Shown in pieces: positions 18,418 to 27,669 of a stretch of 64,000 nt of DNA (positions within the stretch are counted from its first letter, which is position 1; each line of letters starts with the position of its first letter). Source of the DNA: Candidatus Shapirobacteria bacterium. Lineage in GTDB: Bacteria; Patescibacteriota; Microgenomatia; UBA12405. A program made the position numbers and the translations under genes. The stretch spans positions 3,098 through 67,097 of the forward strand of contig JBAZYN010000001.1 in assembly GCA_041659325.1 (NCBI GenBank), read 5' to 3'. The notes beneath the pieces were generated by a model. That model was given only the letters and a program-made list of their open reading frames with translations, was not told the origin of the DNA and searched no databases.

Positions 18418-19032
18418 TTACTCCTCATCCTCACCGATTTCCTCAAAGTCCGAATTACCATAATCAGAGGTATTTGTCGCTCCTTCGCTTACCGGTTTAT
18501 CACTACTTTCCTCAGGAATAACCATCTTAAATGATTCAATGATTGTTTCAAATACCTCTCCCATTCTCGGTGATGTTAAAAAATTTCCTTCGATGGTAAA
18601 CAAAATCGCCTCGTCGATTGTTCCCACCACCGTTTTCCCGTCATTGAAAGTAATTTTTTTCGCCTTTAATCCCGACAACAAAATATCTTCAACCTTTCCG
18701 CCAACAACCGCTTTGTCGCTCTTCACCCAGGCGTCAACCTTGGCATATTCTGTATCCTTTGCCATTATCAATATTTCTCCACCATTTTCTTGGTCACTAA
18801 TTTTCAGATTGGCATAATTGACTTTATCGTCAGGGTGGTTGTCAATCTTTAGTCTTTCGGGATATTCAAAAACAAATCCGGCCGGATCCTTCCACTCCAC
18901 CAATTTATCTACGATTACGGTAGGTGACGGCGCTATTTCTGTCGGGGTTACCGATGTCTCAGTTTTCTTGCATCCGCCCAAAATTGCTGTAAAAATCATG
19001 GCAATTATTATCAATCCGATTTTATTTTTCAT
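18418..19032 (-). CDS. Lipoprotein, PsbP-like fold suspected
   Basis: Lipobox LGGC; GFVFEYP motif; acidic tail. Confidence 0.65.
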   Translation of the reverse strand: MKNKIGLIIIAMIFTAILGGCKKTETSVTPTEIAPSPTVIVDKLVEWKDPAGFVFEYPERLKIDNHPDDKVNYANLKISDQENGGEILIMAKDTEYAKVDAWVKSDKAVVGGKVEDILLSGLKAKKITFNDGKTVVGTIDEAILFTIEGNFLTSPRMGEVFETIIESFKMVIPEESSDKPVSEGATNTSDYGNSDFEEIGEDEE

Positions 19033-19056
19033 AATTGTAGGGTATCATAACTCATT

Positions 19057-19485
19057 ATGAAAAAGAATATTCCTTGCCTGATTTTTGTTACACTGGCGAC
19101 ATTGATTTTTTTTACACCTGCCTCTGCTCAGGCAGCAAAAAAAAGGGTATTTAAATCAGGATCGTCTGGCTCTAATTTGTCTACCGGTACACCCGCCGTC
19201 TATCTCAGCCTCCGCCGCGACCGTCTGGCCCTAAACATGTCCTTCGTCAACCTCAAGGCCACCAAATCGGCCACCTACGAGTTAACTTATCAAGGTAGTG
19301 GCAATGATCAGGGGGTATTTGGGTCTGTAAAACCAACGGAGTCGGGCCAGCGCACCCTATATTTTGGTACCTGCTCGCATGCCGTTTGTAACCCCCACAA
19401 AAATATCCAAAATATGAGATTGTCAATAAAATATACCCTAAATAATGGTAAAACCATTTCCAAAAGGTATAAAGTAAAAGTCTAA
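19057..19485 (+). CDS. Secreted hypothetical protein
   Basis: Signal peptide ending ASAQA; FGTCSHAVC motif. Confidence 0.7.
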   Translation: MKKNIPCLIFVTLATLIFFTPASAQAAKKRVFKSGSSGSNLSTGTPAVYLSLRRDRLALNMSFVNLKATKSATYELTYQGSGNDQGVFGSVKPTESGQRTLYFGTCSHAVCNPHKNIQNMRLSIKYTLNNGKTISKRYKVKV

Positions 19486-19781
19486 GACCGAACTTTTTTT
19501 ATCTTAATCCCATACATTATTATCCCTTTCCCGTCGGTATCTGCGATTCGTCTAAATACACACTTTACTTTATCTCCGATTTCCAAAAGCTCGTTATCAA
19601 CACCCATTAATTCCCGGCATTCGTCCCCAAATCTAACCAGAGAAAAGGTATACGGGGCCATATTTTGCAACATCAAGGGCGGCACTCGGATAGTCGTCGT
19701 CGCCACCACCTCTCCCTCTTTACCTATTATTTTTGCCCACCCCTTGTTGGCTCTCCAATATTCTGCCGGATATCCTTTCAC
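19482..19781 (-). CDS. DUF35/ChsH2-like OB-fold scaffold of the thiolase-HMGCS complex, lacking the Zn ribbon
   Basis: YWR N-terminus; IGDKVKCVFRRI...GIIMYGIK; overlaps the thiolase stop. Confidence 0.8.
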   Translation of the reverse strand: MKGYPAEYWRANKGWAKIIGKEGEVVATTTIRVPPLMLQNMAPYTFSLVRFGDECRELMGVDNELLEIGDKVKCVFRRIADTDGKGIIMYGIKIKKVRS

Positions 19782-20893
19782 TTTTTACCTCCCAATATAT
19801 GAACTACTGCCGTTGCGCCGCTGCCACCCACGTTCTGTGCCAGTCCGGTTTTTATTTTTTTATCTAAAATCAGCTGCGATAAATAAGCAATTTGTTTTAT
19901 GCCGGTTGCCCCCACCGGATGTCCGTTGGATTTCAACCCTCCCGAAGGATTAATTACAACTTTTCCTCCATATGTAGTTTTCCCCTCAATCGTTGCTTTC
20001 CCCCCCATCCCTTTTTTAAAAAACCCCAGGTCCTCGATTGCCAAAATTTCCGCAATAGAAAAACAATCATGAATTTCTGCTGCCCCAATATCGTCTGGCC
20101 CTACGCCAGCCATTTTGTATGCGATCTTCGCCGCTTTTACCCCGGCCTCGATGGTGGTCAGTGAATTTCTTTTTGCCAAGGACAAGCTGTCCATTCCTTG
20201 TCCAAACCCAATAATTTGCGGGCAATTTAATCCATATTTAGTCGTCAAAATCACCGCGGCCGCCCCGTCCGAAATAGGGGAGCAATCAAACAATCTAAGC
20301 GGGGCAGCAATGATTTCACTTTCATTCACTTCCGCTATAGTTATTTCTTTGTGGAATTGTGCCAGTGGGTTCAAAAGTCCATGTTTATGGTTTTTAACAC
20401 TAACCGCCGACAGCTCATCCCTTGTCGTTCCGAATTCCTTCATGTGTTTCTGAGCCATCAGTGCATATAACCCCGGAAACGTGCTTCCGTATTCCATCTC
20501 CACGTCCGCCGCCCCCACCAAACCTTCTGTCGCCGTCGGGTTTGATACATCAGTCATCTTTTCTGCTCCTACCACCATTACAGTTTTATATCTGCCCGAC
20601 AATAGAGCCAATTCTGCCGCAATCATTGCCAAACCGCCCGAAGCACAGGCCCCCTCAATTCTCATTGCCGGTGGCTGATTTTTTAGTATCTGGCTTGCCA
20701 TTGCTCCCAAATGAAGTTGCCCGTCAAATATTCCGCCGGCCATATTTGAAACAAAAATTGCTTCAACTTCTTTATCATCCAAATTAGAATTTTTTATCAC
20801 TCCCTGTACAGCTTCAGTCAGCAGATCTTTTAAACTCTTCTCCCATAATTCCCCGAATTTAGTAATGTATGATCCGGCCACAAATGTCTTCAT
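19778..20893 (-). CDS. Acetyl-CoA acetyltransferase (archaeal/SCP-x-type thiolase)
   Basis: EGACASGG, EIHDCF, GHPVGATG, NVGGSG. Confidence 0.93.
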   Translation of the reverse strand: MKTFVAGSYITKFGELWEKSLKDLLTEAVQGVIKNSNLDDKEVEAIFVSNMAGGIFDGQLHLGAMASQILKNQPPAMRIEGACASGGLAMIAAELALLSGRYKTVMVVGAEKMTDVSNPTATEGLVGAADVEMEYGSTFPGLYALMAQKHMKEFGTTRDELSAVSVKNHKHGLLNPLAQFHKEITIAEVNESEIIAAPLRLFDCSPISDGAAAVILTTKYGLNCPQIIGFGQGMDSLSLAKRNSLTTIEAGVKAAKIAYKMAGVGPDDIGAAEIHDCFSIAEILAIEDLGFFKKGMGGKATIEGKTTYGGKVVINPSGGLKSNGHPVGATGIKQIAYLSQLILDKKIKTGLAQNVGGSGATAVVHILGGKK

Positions 20894-21930
20894 TTTTCCG
20901 TCCTTTTTCTGTATTCACTATAACTTATGAAACGATTACCAATCTGGCTTGATAGAAAATTGTTCCAGTCAGCCTTCCTCTCCTGCATGTTCTCAGCACA
21001 GTTAAAAGCAAAACAATCAGATCCGGCCCCCGATCCGTATGAAGCCATAAAAATTTTCTCTCCCCCCTTCGCCTGGTCAAGTACATTAGTCAGCGCCATC
21101 AAGCTAGCGGCTGCATAGGTATTGCCAATCGTCCGGACGACCAGGCTATGTTTAATTTGGTCTTCCGAGCAGCCCATTGTTTTTGCCACCGCTTTTGGGA
21201 ATTTCCCGTTTGGTGTATGAAAAATACAATAGTCAAAATCACTGATTTTCATATCCAGGTCAGACAAAAGTTTCCTACCGGCAGTCAGGATATGGTTAAA
21301 ATATGCCGGTTCCCCGGAAAATCTGCCTGCATGTTCAGGAAATTCCTGCCTCGGCCGTCTCCAGAAATCAGGCGTATCCGTTGCCACCGATACCGTGCCA
21401 ACCATTTCTGCCAGTAAATTTTCCCTGCCGACAAAAAATGCAGCTCCGCCTGCTCCAGCAGTATATTCCAACACGTCACCAGGCCGCGACTGAGCTGTAT
21501 CTACCCCTATTGCCAGGCCAAAATCTGCCATCTTTGACTTTACATAGGCAAAACACGCCTGCAAACTTTGGGTTCCTGCCTTACAGGCAAACTGCATATC
21601 TGCCATGGCCATATATTTCTGCAACCCCAGGGCCTGAGCCACAATTCCCGAAGTTGGTTTTACCGCATAAGGATGGCTCTCGCTCCCCACAAATATTACC
21701 CCCATTTTTTTCTCCAAAAACTCTCTTTCTGTCAGCCTTAAATATGCCTGATATGCCGCCTCTACGGCAATAGTTGTACTGTCTTCGTCTATTCCTGGTA
21801 CAGTTTTCTGTTCCACTCCCAAAACCGGCCCCATATCCTTACCGTTGTGAGCCTGGGCAATTTCACCGCTTTTGATTACTGATTCCGGAATATACGCGCC
21901 ATAAGACACAATTCCGACACTTTTGTCCAT
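20890..21930 (-). CDS. Hydroxymethylglutaryl-CoA synthase, archaeal type
   Basis: GSESHPYAVKP, FACKAGT (catalytic Cys), HTPNGKFP, GNTY, SYGSGAGSD. Confidence 0.93.
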   Translation of the reverse strand: MDKSVGIVSYGAYIPESVIKSGEIAQAHNGKDMGPVLGVEQKTVPGIDEDSTTIAVEAAYQAYLRLTEREFLEKKMGVIFVGSESHPYAVKPTSGIVAQALGLQKYMAMADMQFACKAGTQSLQACFAYVKSKMADFGLAIGVDTAQSRPGDVLEYTAGAGGAAFFVGRENLLAEMVGTVSVATDTPDFWRRPRQEFPEHAGRFSGEPAYFNHILTAGRKLLSDLDMKISDFDYCIFHTPNGKFPKAVAKTMGCSEDQIKHSLVVRTIGNTYAAASLMALTNVLDQAKGGEKIFMASYGSGAGSDCFAFNCAENMQERKADWNNFLSSQIGNRFISYSEYRKRTEK

Positions 21931-21995
21931 GTAAGTATTATGTCGACTCACTCTCCAAAATCATTCTCCTAGTGTTAAAATTATAATTCAACTCT

Positions 21996-22457
21996 ATGAT
22001 CAACTTAAAAGATGCCATTCATTGGTATAGAAAACTACCAGAGAAAAAGCTCTATCTCGAATCTATCAGCGCTTTACTGACTATCCCGGTCTTGGTTACA
22101 GTCATCCTCTCAAATGTCATCAATCTTAAAAAAACCGCCCTATCAACTGCTACACCCATTACCTCTTCGCCGACGGTTATCCCCACTCATGTGGATACTG
22201 TATCTCCGACACTAGCTCCGGTTGTTACCGTCCAAATCGTTTATGTTACTCCTACCGGCGTTTCGACGATAGTTCCAACTAGCACAATAGTTCCTACCCC
22301 CACCGCCACCTTCACCCCCACCCACACCTCGACACCCTCTCCCAGCCCTACCACGATCCTCAATACTCCTACTCCTAGTTCAACTTCTACCCCGACTCCC
22401 ACAGCGGCATTAATACCATCGGACACTCCGACCGTTCAACCAAGCCCGACTATTTGA
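21996..22457 (+). CDS. Membrane-anchored Pro/Thr/Ser-rich protein
   Basis: One TM followed by a low-complexity PT tail. Confidence 0.65.
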   Translation: MINLKDAIHWYRKLPEKKLYLESISALLTIPVLVTVILSNVINLKKTALSTATPITSSPTVIPTHVDTVSPTLAPVVTVQIVYVTPTGVSTIVPTSTIVPTPTATFTPTHTSTPSPSPTTILNTPTPSSTSTPTPTAALIPSDTPTVQPSPTI

Positions 22458-22531
22458 TTTCTTCTCTCCTTCCCCGCCCCCCCCCCTCAGGCTTGTTATT
22501 TTTCCCCCTCTCCCTATAATAATTATTACCC

Positions 22532-23134
22532 ATGAAAACCGAAGTAATCTTTGATATTGAAACCAAAAAATTATTTGAAGATATCAGTTCGTTTAACCCC
22601 GCCGACCTTGGTGTTTCTATCGTCTCTTTGTATTTCCGCCAGGTAGACGAAAATTTAATCGAAAAGGAGGGCCAAATATATAGTTTCTGGGAAAACGAAT
22701 TTTCGAATATGTGGGATTATTTTTCCAAGGCGGATCGGATAATCGGTTTTAATTCCCTTGGTTTTGACATACCGGCGCTAGTTCCGATCTCCCCTCTGAA
22801 TTTTAAGAAACTGCCCCATTTCGATCTGATGGACAAGATTAAGCAAAATTTGGGTTTTCGCCTTGGGCTCGACGCTGTTGCCAAAGAATGTTTAGGGCAT
22901 GGGAAAACGGATATCGGCACCAATGCCGTAGTTTATTGGAACGAAAATACCGCCGAAAGTCTGGCAAAATTAAAAAAATACTGTGAAATGGACGTGTTTG
23001 TTACCAAAGATATTTATGACTATGGTCTCAAAAATAAACATTTAAAATACAAAGATAAATGGAACACATCCCGGGTTTTCCCCATAGACTTTTCTTATCC
23101 GCAGTCAGAAAAAAATCAGATTAGTCTTTTTTAG
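22532..23134 (+). CDS. RNase H-like (YprB/DnaQ-fold) 3'-5' exonuclease domain protein
   Basis: FDIET, GFNSLGFD, YCEMDV (DEDD-type). Confidence 0.85.
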   Translation: MKTEVIFDIETKKLFEDISSFNPADLGVSIVSLYFRQVDENLIEKEGQIYSFWENEFSNMWDYFSKADRIIGFNSLGFDIPALVPISPLNFKKLPHFDLMDKIKQNLGFRLGLDAVAKECLGHGKTDIGTNAVVYWNENTAESLAKLKKYCEMDVFVTKDIYDYGLKNKHLKYKDKWNTSRVFPIDFSYPQSEKNQISLF

Positions 23135-23724
23135 CTATTCATGAGTATGGATGTCTCACCCTGAACCCTTTTCAAAACTGCCGCCATTTCTTCAGATATT
23201 TTACTATATGATCTTTTTTGAAGAATTTTAAGTATTTCCCCATAAAACCAAAATAATTTGTTTGATGCAACTCCCATTTTATTCCACAATTCCTTGCCCG
23301 TTGTTTTCATCGAGTTGGAAATTACCGTCAGGGTTACAATCTTGTCTGCTGCGCAAATCAACATTGCCTCCTGGCTCATCGTCTCTGCGTGTTGAAGGTA
23401 CTTATTTTTTCTTTCCTCCCACGATGCCTGTCCCTTCAATTCGGATCCGGCCTCTTTGTCCTCGCTCACATCGAACACCATGGCCATAACCAATTCTCCA
23501 AAATCATTTTTAATATCAACAAACGAATAATCATCAACATTGTTTACCACGTTATGAACCAAACCGGCCACAATTACATTTTCGTCATTCGAATAATTAG
23601 AGAGTACCCAGGCAACCTCAAGTAAGTGCACGATAAAAGGTAAATTATCACCCTGGCGGACTTGCCCGGCATGTTTCTCTGCCGCAATCTTAATTGCCTT
23701 TTGAATTTTCGGTGTTAATTGCAT
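23131..23724 (-). CDS. RelA/SpoT-type HD-domain protein (small alarmone hydrolase-like) with degenerate active site
   Basis: AAEKHAGQVR..PFIVH, ADK; HD/ED replaced by HNVVNN. Confidence 0.75.
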   Translation of the reverse strand: MQLTPKIQKAIKIAAEKHAGQVRQGDNLPFIVHLLEVAWVLSNYSNDENVIVAGLVHNVVNNVDDYSFVDIKNDFGELVMAMVFDVSEDKEAGSELKGQASWEERKNKYLQHAETMSQEAMLICAADKIVTLTVISNSMKTTGKELWNKMGVASNKLFWFYGEILKILQKRSYSKISEEMAAVLKRVQGETSILMNS

Positions 23725-23745
23725 TACTTATATTTAAACATGAAT

Positions 23746-24612
23746 CTAGAGAATTTTACTGTCAGCCTCGTTCTTCTGAATTACTTCAAGGATATAGGTA
23801 TCAGCCCCATATTCATCATTTCCCACAAACCGACCCTCTCCATTCAAAATTCTTTCAAACGGCAGACATTCCCGACATCCGTCCCCTTGCGGACATTTAA
23901 AAATTTGCATTTTTCTGGATAATTTTATCTTTCTGGCAATTTTGAGGATTTTACTCTTTGACACCTCCAAATCGGGCAATGGTTTGGGTGTTAGCTCATC
24001 ATTCTTTTCCAGATACCAATAACTTGCTTTTGTAGTCTCCCGTTTTTGGCAATTAGCCACCAACAATCGGTAAATGGGAAGTTGCAGCGACTCGGCCCCC
24101 TCTTCATTTTTACTGGTTTTAAAATCAATAATATGGACACTGTCCGTCTCCGGCAAATATTCAAGCCAGTCAATCTTTCCGCACAGGATTATATTATCTT
24201 CTTCGGATAGCCAATAATATGGTAAATCCTGGTTTATTTTTCCTGCTAAGCCTGCAATTGGCCCCGGGTTTTTCATCACCCGCCGTATCATTTCTTCACC
24301 CCGACTTTTATATTTATACTCTGTTTCGGCATCACCAAAACCACCTTTTTCTGCCGAAATATTTATCCAAGCTCGCTCATATTTATCCAAAAGTGATTCC
24401 TTAAATCTGCTGCTCACCGGCAGCACTGATAGTGACTCTATAACTTGATGAACCGCTTGCCCCAAAGCCAGAGGAGGGGACATAATTTTAATTTTATGGC
24501 CGGTCTTTGGGTCCTTATAAACATTTTTAAGATAATACGATCGGGGACACGACTGAAACGCACTGATTGATGAATGCGACACCCACACTGCGCTATATTT
24601 ATCCTTGGTCAC
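23746..24612 (-). CDS. PD-(D/E)XK nuclease (RecB/AddB/Cas4-like) with probable Fe-S Cys ligands
   Basis: SHSS...CPRSY; GKID...IIDFKT; QLPIY; C-terminal CPQGDGCREC; GTG 24612 start preferred. Confidence 0.85.
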   Translation of the reverse strand: MTKDKYSAVWVSHSSISAFQSCPRSYYLKNVYKDPKTGHKIKIMSPPLALGQAVHQVIESLSVLPVSSRFKESLLDKYERAWINISAEKGGFGDAETEYKYKSRGEEMIRRVMKNPGPIAGLAGKINQDLPYYWLSEEDNIILCGKIDWLEYLPETDSVHIIDFKTSKNEEGAESLQLPIYRLLVANCQKRETTKASYWYLEKNDELTPKPLPDLEVSKSKILKIARKIKLSRKMQIFKCPQGDGCRECLPFERILNGEGRFVGNDEYGADTYILEVIQKNEADSKIL

Positions 24613-24629
24613 ACCTCTATGATACACTA
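24613..24629. promoter_or_regulatory. Overlapping bidirectional -10 elements serving two divergent leaderless genes
   Basis: Plus TATGAT (24618-23) lies 6 nt before ATG 24630; minus TATCAT (24624-19) lies 6 nt before GTG 24612. Confidence 0.55.
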
Positions 24630-26120
24630 ATGACTATGTCTAGACCTGAAGCAGGAAACGCCTTGCTACTAGTTGGTCCTCAATACTTTGACAATAGACT
24701 CCCTATTAGCTCTATAAGCCGTAGAGTTTTGGAACGAACAGATCCTTTGGGGATAGGAATTGTTAGCGCCGTTTTAAAAAAACATGGTTTAAAAACCCAT
24801 CTGGAAATTATGAGACCGGGCCATATTAACGATCTACAGTCTTATATTGAAGCCGCCGGTTCTGTTTTTATCTCTTCCAGATTCTATGATACAAGTTCAG
24901 CCCAAGAGGCTATAAGAATTGCCAATAAAGCCGGAAAAACAGTGATTACCGGCGGTTACGGTCCCACCCTCGACCCCGCTTCTTTTGATCGCTCAACCGC
25001 CATTGTCCAAGGTGAGGCGGAACCGGTATTAGATCAGTTAGTTGATGACTTAAAAAGTGGTCATCTGGAACCGGTTTACGATTCTACTAAACTTCCTCCG
25101 TTTGATCTTGACCAGTATATTTGGCCGGATAGAAGTATTTATCCAAGACCTGGTTTCGGAATTCCCAAAAAACACTCCCAGGAATTGGCTAGGGGCTGTG
25201 AAGAAGGGCACTGTATCTTTTGTTCCGGAGTACAATTGCAACGGACGTTTCGCTCAAGAGATTCCCGAGATACAATCGCTGAAATCGAGTCAATGGGAAT
25301 TAGAAAAAGTGATTTTTTATTTTTTGTCGATTTAAACACGTTTTCTGTTCCCAGGGAAAGGTTGGTACCCCTTTTTACTTACTTAAAACAAAACAGAATC
25401 AAGTGGATATCAGAGGGCACGGTTGCCCCGTTATTGGCAGACTTAGAACAGTGTGGGAAAGACGACAGCCTTCTTGCACTCATGTCTCCTCAGGATGGGC
25501 TAGGTGGCTGTTATTCATTTTTATATGGCGCCGATGATCTAATCAGTACCAGAGTTAAAGGTTCCCGTGACAAGGAAAAGACAATGTTGGCACAAACGGT
25601 TAAAGTTTTCAGTGAATTCGGGATCCCCCTAAATCTTTCTGTAGTTGTTGGTTTAGACAACCATACTTTTCCTGATTCATTCTTCCAAATAGCCGATACC
25701 CTGAGGGAAATACGGGCTCCGTATACTTTTTTTCACATTGCCACTCCATACCCCGGTACTGTTTGGGGAGACAAAGTGTCGCAGCAAGGTAGAGTCACTG
25801 ATTTGGATTCCACCCATTTTAACCACCGCAGAGTCGTTGCTGCCCCCAAAAATATGTCGGCCGATGAACTACAACAAGGTTACTTTTGGTTACAGAGAAA
25901 ACTTTACAACCCGGGAGAAATTGCAGAAACGTTTAAAGCACATCATAGAAAACGGTCACCCAACGTTGTTCTCGATGCCTTTTCATCCGGTCTCCCTTTT
26001 GCTGTTGACACATTTTTAAGCAATCTTGAATTAGACGCCAGGGGATTCGTAGACCATAGGGCTTTAAGAAATCTGGACGAGGGATATACTAGATGGAAGA
26101 GTGCCAGTCATGAGAATTAA
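24630..26120 (+). CDS. B12-binding-domain radical SAM protein
   Basis: PLGIGIVSA, GGYGPT, GEAE; RGCEEGHCIFC cluster motif; TPYPGT. Confidence 0.85.
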   Translation: MTMSRPEAGNALLLVGPQYFDNRLPISSISRRVLERTDPLGIGIVSAVLKKHGLKTHLEIMRPGHINDLQSYIEAAGSVFISSRFYDTSSAQEAIRIANKAGKTVITGGYGPTLDPASFDRSTAIVQGEAEPVLDQLVDDLKSGHLEPVYDSTKLPPFDLDQYIWPDRSIYPRPGFGIPKKHSQELARGCEEGHCIFCSGVQLQRTFRSRDSRDTIAEIESMGIRKSDFLFFVDLNTFSVPRERLVPLFTYLKQNRIKWISEGTVAPLLADLEQCGKDDSLLALMSPQDGLGGCYSFLYGADDLISTRVKGSRDKEKTMLAQTVKVFSEFGIPLNLSVVVGLDNHTFPDSFFQIADTLREIRAPYTFFHIATPYPGTVWGDKVSQQGRVTDLDSTHFNHRRVVAAPKNMSADELQQGYFWLQRKLYNPGEIAETFKAHHRKRSPNVVLDAFSSGLPFAVDTFLSNLELDARGFVDHRALRNLDEGYTRWKSASHEN

Positions 26121-26820
26121 CAAATATTTATCCTCAATCGGAGTTGCCTCGCGACGGGCTGTTGATAAACTTATTTCTGAGAATAGAGTCAGGATAAACA
26201 AAAATTATGCCCGGCTAGGGGATCAGGTTGATCCCCAAAAAGATGGAATAGAAGTAGACAACAAACCGGTCAGCAAAACAAACCCCTTTTTTGAGTACAT
26301 TATTTTAAACAAACCCGAAGGAGTAATTTCCTCTACCGTCGACACTCACGATCGCCAAACCGTTCTCGATCTGGTCCCAAACAAATCACGCCTATACCCC
26401 GTAGGCCGCCTGGATTACGATTCCTCTGGGTTAATCTTGTTGACCAACGATGGTGATCTGGCGTTAAAGCTCACTCATCCCCGATTTCATTTACCAAAAA
26501 CTTATCACGTCACAGTCACTGGGTTAGTTGATGACCGAAAAATTAATAAGCTCAAAAAAGGGGTAGATCTGGAAGACGGTAAAACTCTCCCCTGCGATAT
26601 TTCCATCATCACTCGTCACCCGGGCAATACAGTTTTAGAAATTATCCTGTATCAGGGCAAAAAACGTCAAATAAGACGAATGTGTGAATCAGTTTCGCTA
26701 AAGGTCTGGAAATTGCATCGGGTAGCCATCGGCCCGATCACAATTGGCGAGCTTAAATCGGGAAAATATCGTCATCTTAAAAAGGATGAAATCTCCCGTC
26801 TAAAACAAATCAGCATTTAA
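26110..26820 (+). CDS. rluB: rRNA pseudouridine synthase, RsuA/RluB family
   Basis: S4 domain; LNKPEG; GRLDYDSSGL; GKKRQIRRM. Confidence 0.88.
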   Translation: MRINKYLSSIGVASRRAVDKLISENRVRINKNYARLGDQVDPQKDGIEVDNKPVSKTNPFFEYIILNKPEGVISSTVDTHDRQTVLDLVPNKSRLYPVGRLDYDSSGLILLTNDGDLALKLTHPRFHLPKTYHVTVTGLVDDRKINKLKKGVDLEDGKTLPCDISIITRHPGNTVLEIILYQGKKRQIRRMCESVSLKVWKLHRVAIGPITIGELKSGKYRHLKKDEISRLKQISI

Positions 26821-26836
26821 TGTAATATACTTTTTT

Positions 26837-27646
26837 ATGTTTTCGATATTCAAAAAACCGCCGGTAATTGGCCTTGCTCTTGGAAGCGGTGGTGCCCGTG
26901 GACTGGCGCACATTGGGGTTATTAGATCTCTTTTAGAAAACGATATTTATCCCGGAGTTATTACCGGTTCTTCAGCCGGTGCCCTAATCGGTGGGCTATA
27001 CTCCGCCTTTGGGAGGCTTAACGAAATCAATAAAATCGTTGATTCTATTGATTACCGTTTTATTCTAAAACTCATACTTGAGAGGCCAAGCAAGCAGGGA
27101 GTTGTCCGTGGTAATAAACTCGAGTCTTTTATAAACGAACAGGTGGGCAGTTTATCCGTCGAAAACACAAAAATACCCTTTTACGCGGTTGCTTCTGATC
27201 TGGTCTCCGGCCAGCCTTACGTTTTTAAAAAGGGCCCTCTCTCGATCGCCATTCGGGCATCAATATCGATTCCGCTATTTTTTTCCCCGGTTAAACTAGC
27301 CAATACTATTTTGGTCGATGGCGGTGCTTCCGTCCCCGTCCCGGTAGACATTGCCCGACAAAACGGGGCGGATTTTGTAATCGGTGTAAATCTTTATAAG
27401 TCATATTTTCCTCTTCCCCACGAAAAAGTAGACAAATCTAATATTTCAAAACTAGCTTTTTATTCCTCCCAAATAGTTCTAAATAGTCTATCGCAGGAAA
27501 ACAATTCCCACGCCGATTTCCCTCTGGATCTCGAGATTCCCATCCAAAATACTCTTGATTTTGTCAAGGCCAAAAAATTTGTTGATATGGGTTATGAACA
27601 GACTCAATCAAAAATCCGGGATATTCTAAAAAAACTTTACAAATAA
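26837..27646 (+). CDS. Patatin-like phospholipase
   Basis: GSGGARG, GSSAG, DGG. Confidence 0.93.
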   Translation: MFSIFKKPPVIGLALGSGGARGLAHIGVIRSLLENDIYPGVITGSSAGALIGGLYSAFGRLNEINKIVDSIDYRFILKLILERPSKQGVVRGNKLESFINEQVGSLSVENTKIPFYAVASDLVSGQPYVFKKGPLSIAIRASISIPLFFSPVKLANTILVDGGASVPVPVDIARQNGADFVIGVNLYKSYFPLPHEKVDKSNISKLAFYSSQIVLNSLSQENNSHADFPLDLEIPIQNTLDFVKAKKFVDMGYEQTQSKIRDILKKLYK

Positions 27647-27669
27647 TCAACTGTGATAAAATTAACCTA

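Noticed and set aside
20115-21773. Plus-strand ORFs over thiolase/HMGCS and many similar 60-150 aa nested ORFs across the window
   Set aside because: Antisense or out-of-frame shadows of well-supported genes, with no recognisable motifs
22458-22516. C-rich polypyrimidine tract as a G-quadruplex or regulatory element
   Set aside because: Single low-complexity run with no further support; may include homopolymer error
23746-24612. Cas4 / CRISPR-Cas locus
   Set aside because: Standalone PD-(D/E)XK nuclease; no cas1/cas2 and no repeat-spacer array seen in the window
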